Both the position numbers and the translations under genes were made by a program. DNA of 31,807 nt from a plasmid, in the sequence record CP060656.1, one strand, 5' to 3'. Under the pieces are notes generated by a model. The model was not told where the DNA came from. It worked only from the letters and a program-made list of their open reading frames with translations, and ran no database searches. Positions 17,059 to 25,945 of the stretch are shown here, piece after piece; position 1 is the stretch's first letter, and the number at the start of each line of letters is the position of its first letter.

Positions 17059-19230
17059 ATGAATAGAGAAAATACAGAAATGGAAGCTGAAAAGCTTCTT
17101 GATAATATGGATTTGTCATTAGATGATGAAGAACAACAATCTGATGAAGATACAACTTTAACGCATCCTGAAATTGATGCTTTCGATAATGCTAAATTAT
17201 ACGACGAGCGTATTACTGATGAAGCTTTCTATGCTTCAAATAACTACGCTATTCATCCTAAAGGCTTCTTTAAAAGGATTTACCCAAAAGATGGTAATCC
17301 TTACTGGAAGCAAATTCACAACTATTTTGCTATTCCATACTTAAAGCTTTCCACTGCTAAACAAGGTTCAGGCGTAAAAACCTTAGAAGCTAATACTGGT
17401 TATACAGGTGTTCGATTTCTCAATAACGATTTAGAAGTAAATGAAGTTGCTCTTTCTTCATCGGATCGAGCAGAGTTTACCAGCTCTAAATCACGTCTTA
17501 CCTTGAACGATTGGACGCCTCCTGCGGGTTCTGACCGTTCAGAAGTGTATAAAGCCTTCATGGAGGCCGCACAAGCTGGCTATGAGCCTCATGTAAGGCC
17601 AAATGGTAAAGTCTATCCTGCTTTCATCAAGCGCATGACAGGCTACACACAAAGAGGCTGGGTGACTCCTGACCTTCATATCCGCTCTAAGCATGATCTG
17701 TATGTCGGCAAGGTTGCTACTCAGAGTGAAAAGAAAGGTGATCCTGAAATCCAGAAGGAAACTACAAGAGAGATAATTAAACACTCTCCGGCAGTTCGTA
17801 TTTTCTTAGCTGGCACATATGCGTCATACACAAAAGGCCGTATTTGTATTTCAGATGAGTTTTGCCCGATTGTTAACTACACGGGTGAAGGTGAAAAAGG
17901 TAAATCTACAACTCTTAAAATATGTGCGGCTACAGAAGGTTCTCCAGCTAAAGGCCGTATGATTATTGAAGCTATAAGTTCAGAAGTTGGCGTTGAAAAC
18001 TTTGCTACTGCTTATAATCATGGCCCTGTTTTTCTTGATGAGATTGACGAGCTACTTAGAACAAATGACTTACCACAAAGGATAATGCGCCTTACCAACG
18101 GCGGTGGTAGAGTTATTTTCGATAAAGATAACACTTTTAAACAACCTAACGTTTGGAACGGTATGTTCTTCACGACTTCCAACCAATCACTAAGACAAAG
18201 TGTTAAAGGTGATGGCAAAGAGTCGGCTATTTTAACTCGTCTTATTGAAATAGATATTCATGATCCTGACCTTCATATCTTCTTCCCTGACAAGAATGAT
18301 GGAGGTAAAGTTTCTCAGTGGATGTCTAAGCTTTCAGAGAATTATGGTCATATATATGATGAAATTATCGCATATATAACAAAAAACGCTGATGAACTTG
18401 AGCAAAAACTTGCTGATTTTGAATCTGAGTTATTAACTACAGAAGAGTTAAGATATTTCAAAAAGAACCGCCGTTCAGCGCATACTTTAGCTCTTATTAT
18501 GCTTGGTGCTGAAATTATGGAAAGCGTTTTAGGCAAAGAAAGTGCTATGTTAACTCATGAAGCAATAAACATTTATAAAAATAAATATGCTCAGGATATT
18601 AACGAACAAATTGATTATGCTGATTATAAATACATTTCTCATATTGAGCGTCTTTATGAATGGATTAATGCTAACAAAGGCATGATCTCTTGGAGTAAGT
18701 TTGCTTATGCTGAACAATCAGATGATATAAACGAAAGTATCAGCAGAACGCAGAAAAAAGCGGCTCAAACGCTTACTAACAATGCTACTCATAGAGGTTC
18801 GGTTTTAGCGGAAGTTAAGATCAATAGAGTCATGGAACACGCTGATGATTTTGACGGAACAATAGTTTTCAACGCTATGGGCATCAAACACCTCAAACAA
18901 CATGCTCAACTTGATTTTAACGAGCTTTGCCAATCTCTTGAGAAGTTAGGTATGGTTGAACATGACGCGAAATTTACAGATAAGAAGAAGGATTATTTAG
19001 GTTTATCCACTACAAGAACTGTTCGCTTAACATTGAAACCTATAGATGAGCTAAGTTCCACCATGTTCACTACAAAGAATACTGTTCTTGTGAACGATAG
19101 TGAGAAAACAGAAGGACAAACCGAAATTCTTAATCAAAACAATGCTGATAGTGAGTTTAACATAAACAAAATACTTGAAGCTTCCGCTCAATACGAAGAA
19201 GATTATTCCGCTTACTTTGATAGAACATAA
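17059..19230 (+). CDS. SF3-helicase-like (P4/D5 primase-helicase C-terminal type) putative replication protein (723 aa)
   Basis: Walker A GEGEKGKST, Walker B VFLDEIDE, motif C FFTTSN; AGGTGAG RBS at 17046; sigma70-like promoter with extended -10 at 16966-16998. Confidence 0.55.
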   Translation: MNRENTEMEAEKLLDNMDLSLDDEEQQSDEDTTLTHPEIDAFDNAKLYDERITDEAFYASNNYAIHPKGFFKRIYPKDGNPYWKQIHNYFAIPYLKLSTAKQGSGVKTLEANTGYTGVRFLNNDLEVNEVALSSSDRAEFTSSKSRLTLNDWTPPAGSDRSEVYKAFMEAAQAGYEPHVRPNGKVYPAFIKRMTGYTQRGWVTPDLHIRSKHDLYVGKVATQSEKKGDPEIQKETTREIIKHSPAVRIFLAGTYASYTKGRICISDEFCPIVNYTGEGEKGKSTTLKICAATEGSPAKGRMIIEAISSEVGVENFATAYNHGPVFLDEIDELLRTNDLPQRIMRLTNGGGRVIFDKDNTFKQPNVWNGMFFTTSNQSLRQSVKGDGKESAILTRLIEIDIHDPDLHIFFPDKNDGGKVSQWMSKLSENYGHIYDEIIAYITKNADELEQKLADFESELLTTEELRYFKKNRRSAHTLALIMLGAEIMESVLGKESAMLTHEAINIYKNKYAQDINEQIDYADYKYISHIERLYEWINANKGMISWSKFAYAEQSDDINESISRTQKKAAQTLTNNATHRGSVLAEVKINRVMEHADDFDGTIVFNAMGIKHLKQHAQLDFNELCQSLEKLGMVEHDAKFTDKKKDYLGLSTTRTVRLTLKPIDELSSTMFTTKNTVLVNDSEKTEGQTEILNQNNADSEFNINKILEASAQYEEDYSAYFDRT

Positions 19231-19262
19231 AAAAAAGGGGTTGCGAAAGCAGCCCCTTAAAC
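19231..19262. terminator. hairpin GGGGTTGC-GAAA-GCAGCCCC (A-run upstream, weak T-run downstream)
   Basis: GNRA-loop hairpin after helicase-like gene. Confidence 0.45.
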
Positions 19263-19300
19263 TTTATTAAATAGTCGTTTTCCAAAATAGAAAACACATT

Positions 19301-19333
19301 ATGAATAGAACTTCAATATACACTCTATTCATG
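19301..19333. promoter_or_regulatory. 9-bp perfect inverted repeat ATGAATAGA-N15-TCTATTCAT
   Basis: Read directly; between helicase-like gene terminator and ankyrin gene promoter. Confidence 0.35.
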
Positions 19334-19471
19334 GAATAATCAATTTTATTTTACTCGATATTTTTCAAATATATGCGCTAAATATTTTATATTAAGCGTG
19401 TAAAATTTGATTTTATTAAAAAAATAGTATATATATTTATTATAAATAATTTAAACTATAAGAGGTGGTTT

Positions 19472-19969
19472 ATGCTTGATTTAGATATTAAAAGAGAGTT
19501 GCTGTTTGCTGAAACAGCCGAAGAAGTAGATATATTGGTAAAGGCCGGAGCTGATGTAAACGGTCTTATGGGTAGTGTTTTTCCTTTAGCTTTAGCTGAA
19601 AACTTAGAAGTAGCAAAGGCATTAGTTGCTAATGGTGCTGATGTTAACTTTACCAATAAGAAAGGTGAAACAGCTATCTTCTATAACAAAAACATCGCTG
19701 TTATCAAATTTTTGATTTCACAAGGCGCAAATATTAACCATTTAAACAACGATGGTGAAACAGCATTGTTTAAAACATCCGACATTGAAATGATTAAAGC
19801 GCTTATCAAGTTGGGTTGTAGTCCATTCCTCAAAAACAAGAATGGAGATCGCCACGACACAAAAATAAAACCAGCAGATAAAGAAGAATACCAAAGCTTT
19901 ATGAATAAGCTTAAAGAAATGATCAGGAACGCACTTGAACAAAAAAAGCAGATGCTACAAGTAGCGTAA
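19472..19969 (+). CDS. ankyrin-repeat protein (165 aa)
   Basis: LVxxGADVN...GETAIF and LISQGANINHLNNDGETALF ankyrin repeats; AGAGGTGG RBS. Confidence 0.8.
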   Translation: MLDLDIKRELLFAETAEEVDILVKAGADVNGLMGSVFPLALAENLEVAKALVANGADVNFTNKKGETAIFYNKNIAVIKFLISQGANINHLNNDGETALFKTSDIEMIKALIKLGCSPFLKNKNGDRHDTKIKPADKEEYQSFMNKLKEMIRNALEQKKQMLQVA

Positions 19970-19995
19970 AAAAATAACCGGACTACCTCTTTAGT

Positions 19996-20027
19996 TTAAC
20001 CCGCTTCTGGCGGGTTTTTTCTTTTCT
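19996..20027 (+). terminator. intrinsic terminator CCCGC-TTCTG-GCGGG-TTTTTTCTTTTC
   Basis: Hairpin plus T-run. Confidence 0.7.
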
Positions 20028-20096
20028 GGCATTGACATATTTTGTTTTTATTTTAATTTATAATTATCACCCAATTGAAAAGAAAAAGGAAAAATC

Positions 20097-20489
20097 ATGA
20101 AAGCATTAACAGACATATTAAAAACCAAAAATACAATTGAAATTGAAAAATTCATTAATGAAAACCGCGTTATTGAAGAAGATTTTTATATTGATGAAGT
20201 AGCCAATATTTTCCATGTTGTTCTACTTACAAAACAATATAAGAGCTATGAAGTAGCAAGAATGCTTACCAAATACTTTGACATTAACAAGCAGGATAAA
20301 GCTGGTAAAACAGTTCTGTTCTATGCCGTTCTCATGGGGAATACTGAAGCTGTTAAGTTCTTTATCTCCGCAGGAGGCGATGTATCAATAAAAGACAATC
20401 AAGGCAGAAAAGCGGCAGACCAGATAACACTACTTGATCTTCAAAATGCTTCTTCAATGTCAAGAGTATTACTATCAGCAGAGAAATAA
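20097..20489 (+). CDS. ankyrin-repeat protein (130 aa)
   Basis: DKAGKTVLFYAVLMGNTEAVKFFISAGGDVSIKDNQGRKA ankyrin consensus. Confidence 0.75.
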   Translation: MKALTDILKTKNTIEIEKFINENRVIEEDFYIDEVANIFHVVLLTKQYKSYEVARMLTKYFDINKQDKAGKTVLFYAVLMGNTEAVKFFISAGGDVSIKDNQGRKAADQITLLDLQNASSMSRVLLSAEK

Positions 20490-20490
20490 C

Positions 20491-20928
20491 ATGGATGAGT
20501 TTTCTTTAGATACGTTAAAATCATATATAGACAGAAATCAAACTTCACTATTCTATGATTACCTCACTAAGCACCAATTAGACACTAATATGAATATTTT
20601 ATCTTGGTGTCTTTTGTCTGTTTTTTCAAAGTCAGAAAATGAAAACCACCAATACTATAATTTGTTCTGTTTAGTAGTGGGATTGTTCAAAGATGTTAAT
20701 ACCCCAATCAATGGAAGACTACCATTAGAAATAGCTTACTCAATTAATAACATTAAGTTTTATATCCATCTTCTTTTGAATGGAGCAGATCCCCAAAAGA
20801 AAAATAGCAAATACAAATCCACGTATGAAATAATAATCAAAGATGAGAATGAAAAGTTTCTTTCCTATATAATGCGGTATGAGCAAAGTCTGATTAATGA
20901 AATACAGAAAAGAAAAGGCACTCATTGA
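20491..20928 (+). CDS. ankyrin-like protein (about 145 aa), coupled to upstream ankyrin gene
   Basis: ATG 1 nt after upstream stop; LLLNGADPQ and LPLEIAYSINN ankyrin-like segments; terminator overlaps stop. Confidence 0.5.
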   Translation: MDEFSLDTLKSYIDRNQTSLFYDYLTKHQLDTNMNILSWCLLSVFSKSENENHQYYNLFCLVVGLFKDVNTPINGRLPLEIAYSINNIKFYIHLLLNGADPQKKNSKYKSTYEIIIKDENEKFLSYIMRYEQSLINEIQKRKGTH

Positions 20929-20942
20929 GAGTGCCTTTTTCT
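20910..20942 (+). terminator. terminator AAAGGCACTC-ATTGA-GAGTGCCTTTTTC overlapping the stop codon of 20491-20928
   Basis: 10-bp stem plus T-run. Confidence 0.65.
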
Positions 20943-21261
20943 AAAAGTGATACTTATATGATGTCAAAACTTACAATAAATAGAAATTGGGTATTAATAT
21001 TTACGTATTAATTAAGTAATCAATTACCTTCCTTCCGTCAATAGCAGTTGAAAAATATTTTCCATTTTCTTGAAAAAAGTGTTGATCGTCATAAGCGTTC
21101 TGTAGATAATTACCAAATCAAAGCAGTCATATGCTTTACGCATCATGTAGGTTCAGGCTTTAAGCCTCCATCTTTCGATAGATGATGATGCACCAACCGC
21201 CGGAATGGTTCCGGCCTGTTCCATGAACTCATGGAGCTGATCTATCTATAGAGGTTGGTTT

Positions 21262-22170
21262 ATGACTGTATCTATCCAAAACACCCCATCTTCAAGCCTA
21301 AAGCCCCTTTACCGTTGGGCTGGCGGCAAATCTAAGCTACTCAAAAGCTACAATCCACATCTACCAGATTTGAACAGCGTAAGCGCATACGTAGAGCCGT
21401 TCTTTGGAGCTGGCGCTCTCTTTGCGTCTGTTAAGTCTACATACAACCAGATCCCTACAATCATCAACGACATTAACCCTGAGCTGGTAAGTCTACTCAA
21501 TACCATCAAACACGATTTTAAAGCGTTCTGTATCGAGCTGCAGGAGCTGGAAGCGGCTTACCTATCTATACGCTCTCAGGAGGTCAGGAACTACCGTTTC
21601 TATCAGCGTAGAGAACAGTATTGGAAAGAACAGATTGGTAGTGTCCGGGCATCGGCCTTACTCCTGTTTTTGATGAGCACCGGCTTTAACGGGATATGGC
21701 AGGTAAACAAGAAGACAGGCCGCTACGGAACAGGCGCAGGGTTGCTTAACCATAAGGGCAGTCTCTTTGATTACTCACTCCTGAACGAGTGGCACAGAGC
21801 TTTACAGGCAACGTCTATCCATTGCGGTTCTTATGCTGATCTCGATGTTCCAGCAGGGGCTTTTGTCTACTGTGATCCGCCTTACAGGGATAGCTACGCC
21901 GATTATGGCCATGCATTCACTGATGAAGACCACAAAGACCTTATCGAATGGTGTCGGCAGCTTCAGGAGCGGGGCTGTGTTGTGTGGTTAGCCAACAGAG
22001 AGGCAAATGATAGCTTCTTTGAAGAAAACGCTTCTGATGCTTCTGTATTGCGGTTTGACATTACCTACACAGCCGGAAGAAAAAAGAAAACGGAAAACGG
22101 ACATGAAGCAGTAAAAGCTAAGGATTTGCTGATGATTTGGAATAATAAAAACATGATTAAAGCCGCTTAA
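21262..22170 (+). CDS. dam: Dam-family N6-adenine DNA methyltransferase (302 aa), orphan
   Basis: RWAGGK, EPFFGAGALF (motif I), YCDPPY (motif IV), FNGIWQVN match E. coli Dam; GC-rich; no adjacent restriction endonuclease gene. Confidence 0.9.
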   Translation: MTVSIQNTPSSSLKPLYRWAGGKSKLLKSYNPHLPDLNSVSAYVEPFFGAGALFASVKSTYNQIPTIINDINPELVSLLNTIKHDFKAFCIELQELEAAYLSIRSQEVRNYRFYQRREQYWKEQIGSVRASALLLFLMSTGFNGIWQVNKKTGRYGTGAGLLNHKGSLFDYSLLNEWHRALQATSIHCGSYADLDVPAGAFVYCDPPYRDSYADYGHAFTDEDHKDLIEWCRQLQERGCVVWLANREANDSFFEENASDASVLRFDITYTAGRKKKTENGHEAVKAKDLLMIWNNKNMIKAA

Positions 22171-22179
22171 TAAAAAATA

Positions 22180-22232
22180 TTTGATTTATGCTTTTGTCAT
22201 AGTGTTAACTTTAATATATAAACTAAAAGAGG
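22180..22232 (+). promoter_or_regulatory. promoter family C copy 1 (TTTGATTTATGCTTTTGTCATAGTGTTAACTTTAA; TTGTCA-17-TATAAA)
   Basis: Duplicated at 27358-27410 with about 90% identity. Confidence 0.55.
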
Positions 22233-22240
22233 AAAATGAA

Positions 22241-22696
22241 ATGAGTTATATGTCATTAAATGTAGTAAGCATTCAGATTAAAAAAGCAAATGTTGAAAAA
22301 CTCACTGCGTGGGTCAGAGATTTTGAAAACATACGTGCATATGGAAGCGCATCAAATATAGATATTATAAAAAATGATGATAGAGAAGAAGATGCTCATT
22401 ACATAAAAACGAAAAGGTATAGAAAAGAATGGTTTGATATTTTCTTTGAATCCTCTGATGAACTTAATCATTTTTATCAAGACGGGTTTTTAGAAGGGAT
22501 CGCGAGAATGTTTGATTGCTATGTCAATATTAGCTCAATAACATCTTGGTGTTGTCCTTATCATGAGTCATATACTATGTATATGGATAACTGGTATGAA
22601 CCGTATTATAAAAACTTTACCGGAGATGAAAGTAGAAAATGGCCTCGCCATATAGGTATGTATTTTTGGAACTGGGTAAATCTTGATGAGATTTAA
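22241..22696 (+). CDS. hypothetical W/Y-rich protein (151 aa)
   Basis: Promoter family C copy upstream; AGAGGAAA RBS; track N-terminus MIYAFVIVLTL is translated promoter repeat. Confidence 0.5.
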   Translation: MSYMSLNVVSIQIKKANVEKLTAWVRDFENIRAYGSASNIDIIKNDDREEDAHYIKTKRYRKEWFDIFFESSDELNHFYQDGFLEGIARMFDCYVNISSITSWCCPYHESYTMYMDNWYEPYYKNFTGDESRKWPRHIGMYFWNWVNLDEI

Positions 22697-22783
22697 ATGA
22701 CGTGAATAAACAGGTCTTGAGTAAGAACTGGCACACCCAAAAAGCAGCGTAATTATTTTTTAATAAAAGAGAGGATACAAAAA

Positions 22784-23077
22784 ATGAGAAAGAAGTTTAG
22801 ACCTGTGGATTTTCATACAAGCAATATGGGAAATAACTATATAACTTTAGAATGTATGATGTCAGCACCATTTCATGAACATTCACCAGAGCTTTTCGCT
22901 AAATGTTTAGCAGAGGTCCCCAAAATAAACAGGCTACTTATTGATAGACGTAAGTGTGATAGCAAGGAACATTACGAAAAGGTTTTGATGGTTGCTGATA
23001 TGTGTTTATCAATGATGATGATTGAGCGCCGTCTTGGTATCGTTAATGAAGATAATAGTTATTTTAATCAAAAATGA
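22784..23077 (+). CDS. hypothetical protein (97 aa)
   Basis: AGAGAGGA RBS. Confidence 0.5.
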   Translation: MRKKFRPVDFHTSNMGNNYITLECMMSAPFHEHSPELFAKCLAEVPKINRLLIDRRKCDSKEHYEKVLMVADMCLSMMMIERRLGIVNEDNSYFNQK

Positions 23078-23087
23078 GAGGTGATAT

Positions 23088-23468
23088 ATGGAATACATGA
23101 ACGTAGTGAGAAGTGATTTCGAAGAGTTCGCAAAAGAGAACGTAGAAGGTTATGAACATAGTAAAACATTAATGATGCCTGAATATGTATCAAACACGGA
23201 TTATCCACAGATTAAACGTGTTCCATTCTTTTCATTTGAGGGTAATAAATTGCTATTTACCTATAATCAACTGGAAGATAACAGGATAAATAAAGCTGTA
23301 TTAAAATATGCTGTTAACCTTTGCTTTAATAGTGATATGAGTAATAAGTATAGAGATATAGAGGCTTTGAGTAATACGTATTCCGCTGTTTATTACTGTT
23401 TACTCGACAACATGTATAAGACATTAAAGAAAAAAGACATTGAGAGTGTTTTATATTGGCTTGATTAA
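23088..23468 (+). CDS. hypothetical protein (126 aa)
   Basis: GAGAGGTGA RBS, 10 nt after upstream stop; terminator 23470-23498. Confidence 0.5.
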   Translation: MEYMNVVRSDFEEFAKENVEGYEHSKTLMMPEYVSNTDYPQIKRVPFFSFEGNKLLFTYNQLEDNRINKAVLKYAVNLCFNSDMSNKYRDIEALSNTYSAVYYCLLDNMYKTLKKKDIESVLYWLD

Positions 23469-23469
23469 A

Positions 23470-23498
23470 TAAGGGGCTTACATAGCCCTGTATTTAAG
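23470..23498 (+). terminator. hairpin GGGCTTACATAGCCC family copy 1
   Basis: Same hairpin at 24040 and 24994. Confidence 0.5.
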
Positions 23499-23559
23499 AA
23501 AATGAAATGTATTTTCAAGGTGGTATCTATTAAACATAACATAAAAAAGGATAAGTAAT

Positions 23560-23991
23560 ATGAAAGACAACAAAGAACTAAAAATAGCAACTATAACAAC
23601 TAATATGTTAGCAAAATACATTTATGAAGGAATAATTAAACTTGATGATGAGAGTTTAGCAAAGTATGAAGATTTAGCTGAGTTTCAATCTCATAAAGTT
23701 GATATAGATGTTTATGATGTTTTAGAGGATATAGAAGCATATCTAAATGACGTTATAGATTTATTAGAAACAGATGTTTTTTGTGAAAATATCCTAACTA
23801 ACTTTAATGGAAAAAATCATGAATATGAAGCAATCCATTTTGATACAGAAGAAGAGTTAAAAGAATTTCTTTTAGAAGAAGATCTATTTATCATTAATAA
23901 CTCTTTAATCATTAACTCTGTTTCTGATGATTTAGATGCTTGCACACAAGTTTTAGAAATGCTTGAAGCTAATAAAATCCATAACGATTAA
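23560..23991 (+). CDS. strongly acidic small protein (143 aa, about 24% D+E)
   Basis: AAGGAT RBS; net charge roughly -25 from composition; DNA-mimic anti-restriction candidate is inference only. Confidence 0.5.
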   Translation: MKDNKELKIATITTNMLAKYIYEGIIKLDDESLAKYEDLAEFQSHKVDIDVYDVLEDIEAYLNDVIDLLETDVFCENILTNFNGKNHEYEAIHFDTEEELKEFLLEEDLFIINNSLIINSVSDDLDACTQVLEMLEANKIHND

Positions 23992-24038
23992 TCGTGAGTA
24001 TTTAGAGAGTGAAATGACTTGCTTGATTTTATTGATTA

Positions 24039-24062
24039 AAGGGCTTACATAGCCCTTTAATC
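24039..24062 (+). terminator. hairpin AAGGGCTTACATAGCCCTTT copy 2
   Basis: 7-bp stem, T-run. Confidence 0.55.
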
Positions 24063-24075
24063 CAGATAATAAAAT

Positions 24076-24150
24076 ATATTTAAAATAAAAGTATTTATTA
24101 ATTTGACTAATATTTTAAAAGAGGTATCTATTTAATATAACATAAAATAA
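24076..24150 (+). promoter_or_regulatory. promoter cassette A, diverged copy (TTGACT 24103-24108)
   Basis: TAAAATAAAAGTATTTATTAATTTGACTAATATTTTAAAA similarity. Confidence 0.55.
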
Positions 24151-24162
24151 AAGGAAAACATT

Positions 24163-24414
24163 ATGAATGAAAACAGTATAATTGAAGAACTCTTTGGGAT
24201 TGTAGAAAACAATAAAACACATAGCCATGATGATTTAATCAGTGTGATTGATGAAAAGATTAAAACCATAGCTGAAATAACCTTAGAAGCAAAATCCAAA
24301 GATAAAAAGATTGAGCAGCTTAAAGAGAGAATAGAGATCCTATCCTTCTTGTTAGCTAAACGTGATTTGAAAATCAGTGCTCTTGAAGATGAAATAGAAG
24401 AGTTAAAAATATAA
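24163..24414 (+). CDS. coiled-coil small protein (83 aa)
   Basis: Diverged promoter cassette A copy at 24076-24150; heptad-rich. Confidence 0.5.
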   Translation: MNENSIIEELFGIVENNKTHSHDDLISVIDEKIKTIAEITLEAKSKDKKIEQLKERIEILSFLLAKRDLKISALEDEIEELKI

Positions 24415-24427
24415 TAAAACAACCATT

Positions 24428-24450
24428 GGGGAGTAATCCCCTTTTTTATA
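24428..24450 (+). terminator. intrinsic terminator GGGGA-GTAA-TCCCC-TTTTTT
   Basis: Hairpin plus T-run. Confidence 0.7.
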
Positions 24451-24471
24451 AGCCAATATAAGGAAATCACT

Positions 24472-24720
24472 ATGAGTGAGAAAACAATAGAACGTCAAGT
24501 TATAGACCAGATCTTAGAACTTAAAACAAAAAACGAGAAAGAGTTAGTTGGTAGATTAAAAATTTTAGAAGATGAAAAGGAATGTATAATAATGAAGTAT
24601 GAACACATTATAAGTGAATTAAAAGATAAGCTTGAATGTGCTCGTAAAGAAAATGAATGGCTTTTGTCTGATATTTATCATATTCAAAGCATCATTAAAG
24701 AGGGTGAAAATGAAAAGTAA
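24472..24720 (+). CDS. coiled-coil small protein (82 aa)
   Basis: AAGGAAAT RBS. Confidence 0.5.
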   Translation: MSEKTIERQVIDQILELKTKNEKELVGRLKILEDEKECIIMKYEHIISELKDKLECARKENEWLLSDIYHIQSIIKEGENEK

Positions 24721-24991
24721 TGATAACTGGAATGGAACAACAAAAAAAGAAGATGAAATATCATTAGATGACTCGACTATCACAATATCTTTATCAAAAG
24801 AAGATGAAGAGGCAGAAAAGAAACAGTCTTTAAGGAAGAGATTTAATATCGAAAATCATTTAGAGAATGCGGCAATGTCAGGAGGTGTTATTGTAGTGAT
24901 CTTAGGCATGATTATCTACCTTCCGGTTATCCTTGTGATGATGACAGGGTTGATGATAAGAGAGTTGATAGACACGGTGAGAGAATGGTGA
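24710..24991 (+). CDS. small C-terminally TM-anchored protein (93 aa)
   Basis: GAGGGTGA RBS; start overlaps upstream stop by 11 nt; terminator 24993-25017. Confidence 0.45.
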   Translation: MKSNDNWNGTTKKEDEISLDDSTITISLSKEDEEAEKKQSLRKRFNIENHLENAAMSGGVIVVILGMIIYLPVILVMMTGLMIRELIDTVREW

Positions 24992-24992
24992 T

Positions 24993-25017
24993 GCAAGGGG
25001 CTTACAGCCCCTTTGTC
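24993..25017 (+). terminator. hairpin AAGGGGCTTACAGCCCCTTTG copy 3
   Basis: Stem plus short T-run. Confidence 0.55.
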
Positions 25018-25101
25018 TTGCCCGTTCTGTAGCTATATCCTGTAGAAAATCGCCTCAACACATGGTATGTTGGTTAAGTTAAGTCCTTATGTGTGTATCT
25101 C

Positions 25102-25476
25102 ATGCTCAAATACAAAAGCCTGAAAGATTTTCTTGATGAACAGAAACAGCAAGAGCTATATAAAAAAAGGCTTGCTGAAAAGCTCTATTACACTATTAAA
25201 AAGGGAACGGCAGAAGAGATATTATCAGTTTTCAAGCAGTGTTCTGAAAGTGGTTTAGATTTCAAACAGGTTAAACATGACTACTTACTTGAATACTTTG
25301 ATACGTTCAGATCTGGATATAACAAACCCTCGATACTTATCACCCGCCTGATTATCAGTTATCAAAAAATCATTTCTGTAAAAGCTATCCAGTCATTTTA
25401 TAACAACATCTATTACAGGCATCTTCTGGATGATGAAGAGCTAATAGAGTTAACTTCTCTTATCATTAAAGATTAA
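25102..25476 (+). CDS. hypothetical protein (124 aa)
   Basis: ORF without clear RBS or promoter; GC-richer leader. Confidence 0.35.
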   Translation: MLKYKSLKDFLDEQKQQELYKKRLAEKLYYTIKKGTAEEILSVFKQCSESGLDFKQVKHDYLLEYFDTFRSGYNKPSILITRLIISYQKIISVKAIQSFYNNIYYRHLLDDEELIELTSLIIKD

Positions 25477-25515
25477 ATCTGTAAGTAATCCGCTTATCTA
25501 AAACACCTTCCGATT

Positions 25516-25560
25516 ATTTGACAATTGGGTTAGTTTTGTTATTTATATTTATATATAACA
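25516..25560 (+). promoter_or_regulatory. promoter family B (TTATTTGACAATTGGGTTAG), related copy at 1620-1665
   Basis: 20-bp shared block upstream of two unrelated genes. Confidence 0.45.
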
Positions 25561-25576
25561 AACAAAGGAGATATTT

Positions 25577-25945
25577 ATGGATTACGCACAAAGCAAAGAG
25601 ATTTCATTACACATTATAAGTTCTATGAAGTTGAGTGTTCACTTTAACAAATTTGAAGTTGATAACGAAAAAGATATGGATGGTATTAAATACATAATCG
25701 AAAGAAACAAAGCAAACATAAAGATCAGCACAGCAAAAATTAAAGTTGTTGAGCCGGGAAGTTTATTATTCTTATCAAGTAAAATGAGGGATACACTAAA
25801 AGCCACTGACCTATTCATTATTTATACTGATGTTGATGAAAGTAATGATGAAGAGATAACAAAGAAACTAAGAGACTTTGCCTTTAGACATAAAGCATTT
25901 GTTGTTCAGATAACGAAAAGCAGAGGTAGTTATGATAATAGATAA
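25577..25945 (+). CDS. hypothetical protein (122 aa)
   Basis: Promoter family B (TTGACAATTGGGTTAG) upstream; AAGGAGAT RBS. Confidence 0.55.
   Translation: MDYAQSKEISLHIISSMKLSVHFNKFEVDNEKDMDGIKYIIERNKANIKISTAKIKVVEPGSLLFLSSKMRDTLKATDLFIIYTDVDESNDEEITKKLRDFAFRHKAFVVQITKSRGSYDNR

Noticed and set aside
17539-18536. Minus-strand ORFs 17539-17784, 18018-18218, 18348-18536 inside the helicase-like gene
   Set aside because: Antisense shadow ORFs; no start signals.
22181-22240. Identical N-termini MIYAFVIVLTL in track ORFs 22181 and 27359, suggesting duplicated genes
   Set aside because: The shared peptide is the translation of the duplicated promoter family C DNA. The true starts are the downstream ATGs (22241, 27419) with proper RBS, and the proteins are unrelated.
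24132-24470. 112-aa minus-strand ORF covering the promoter cassette and 24163-24414
   Set aside because: Antisense to a gene with clear promoter, RBS and terminator; hydrophobic low-complexity product typical of AT-rich antisense frames.
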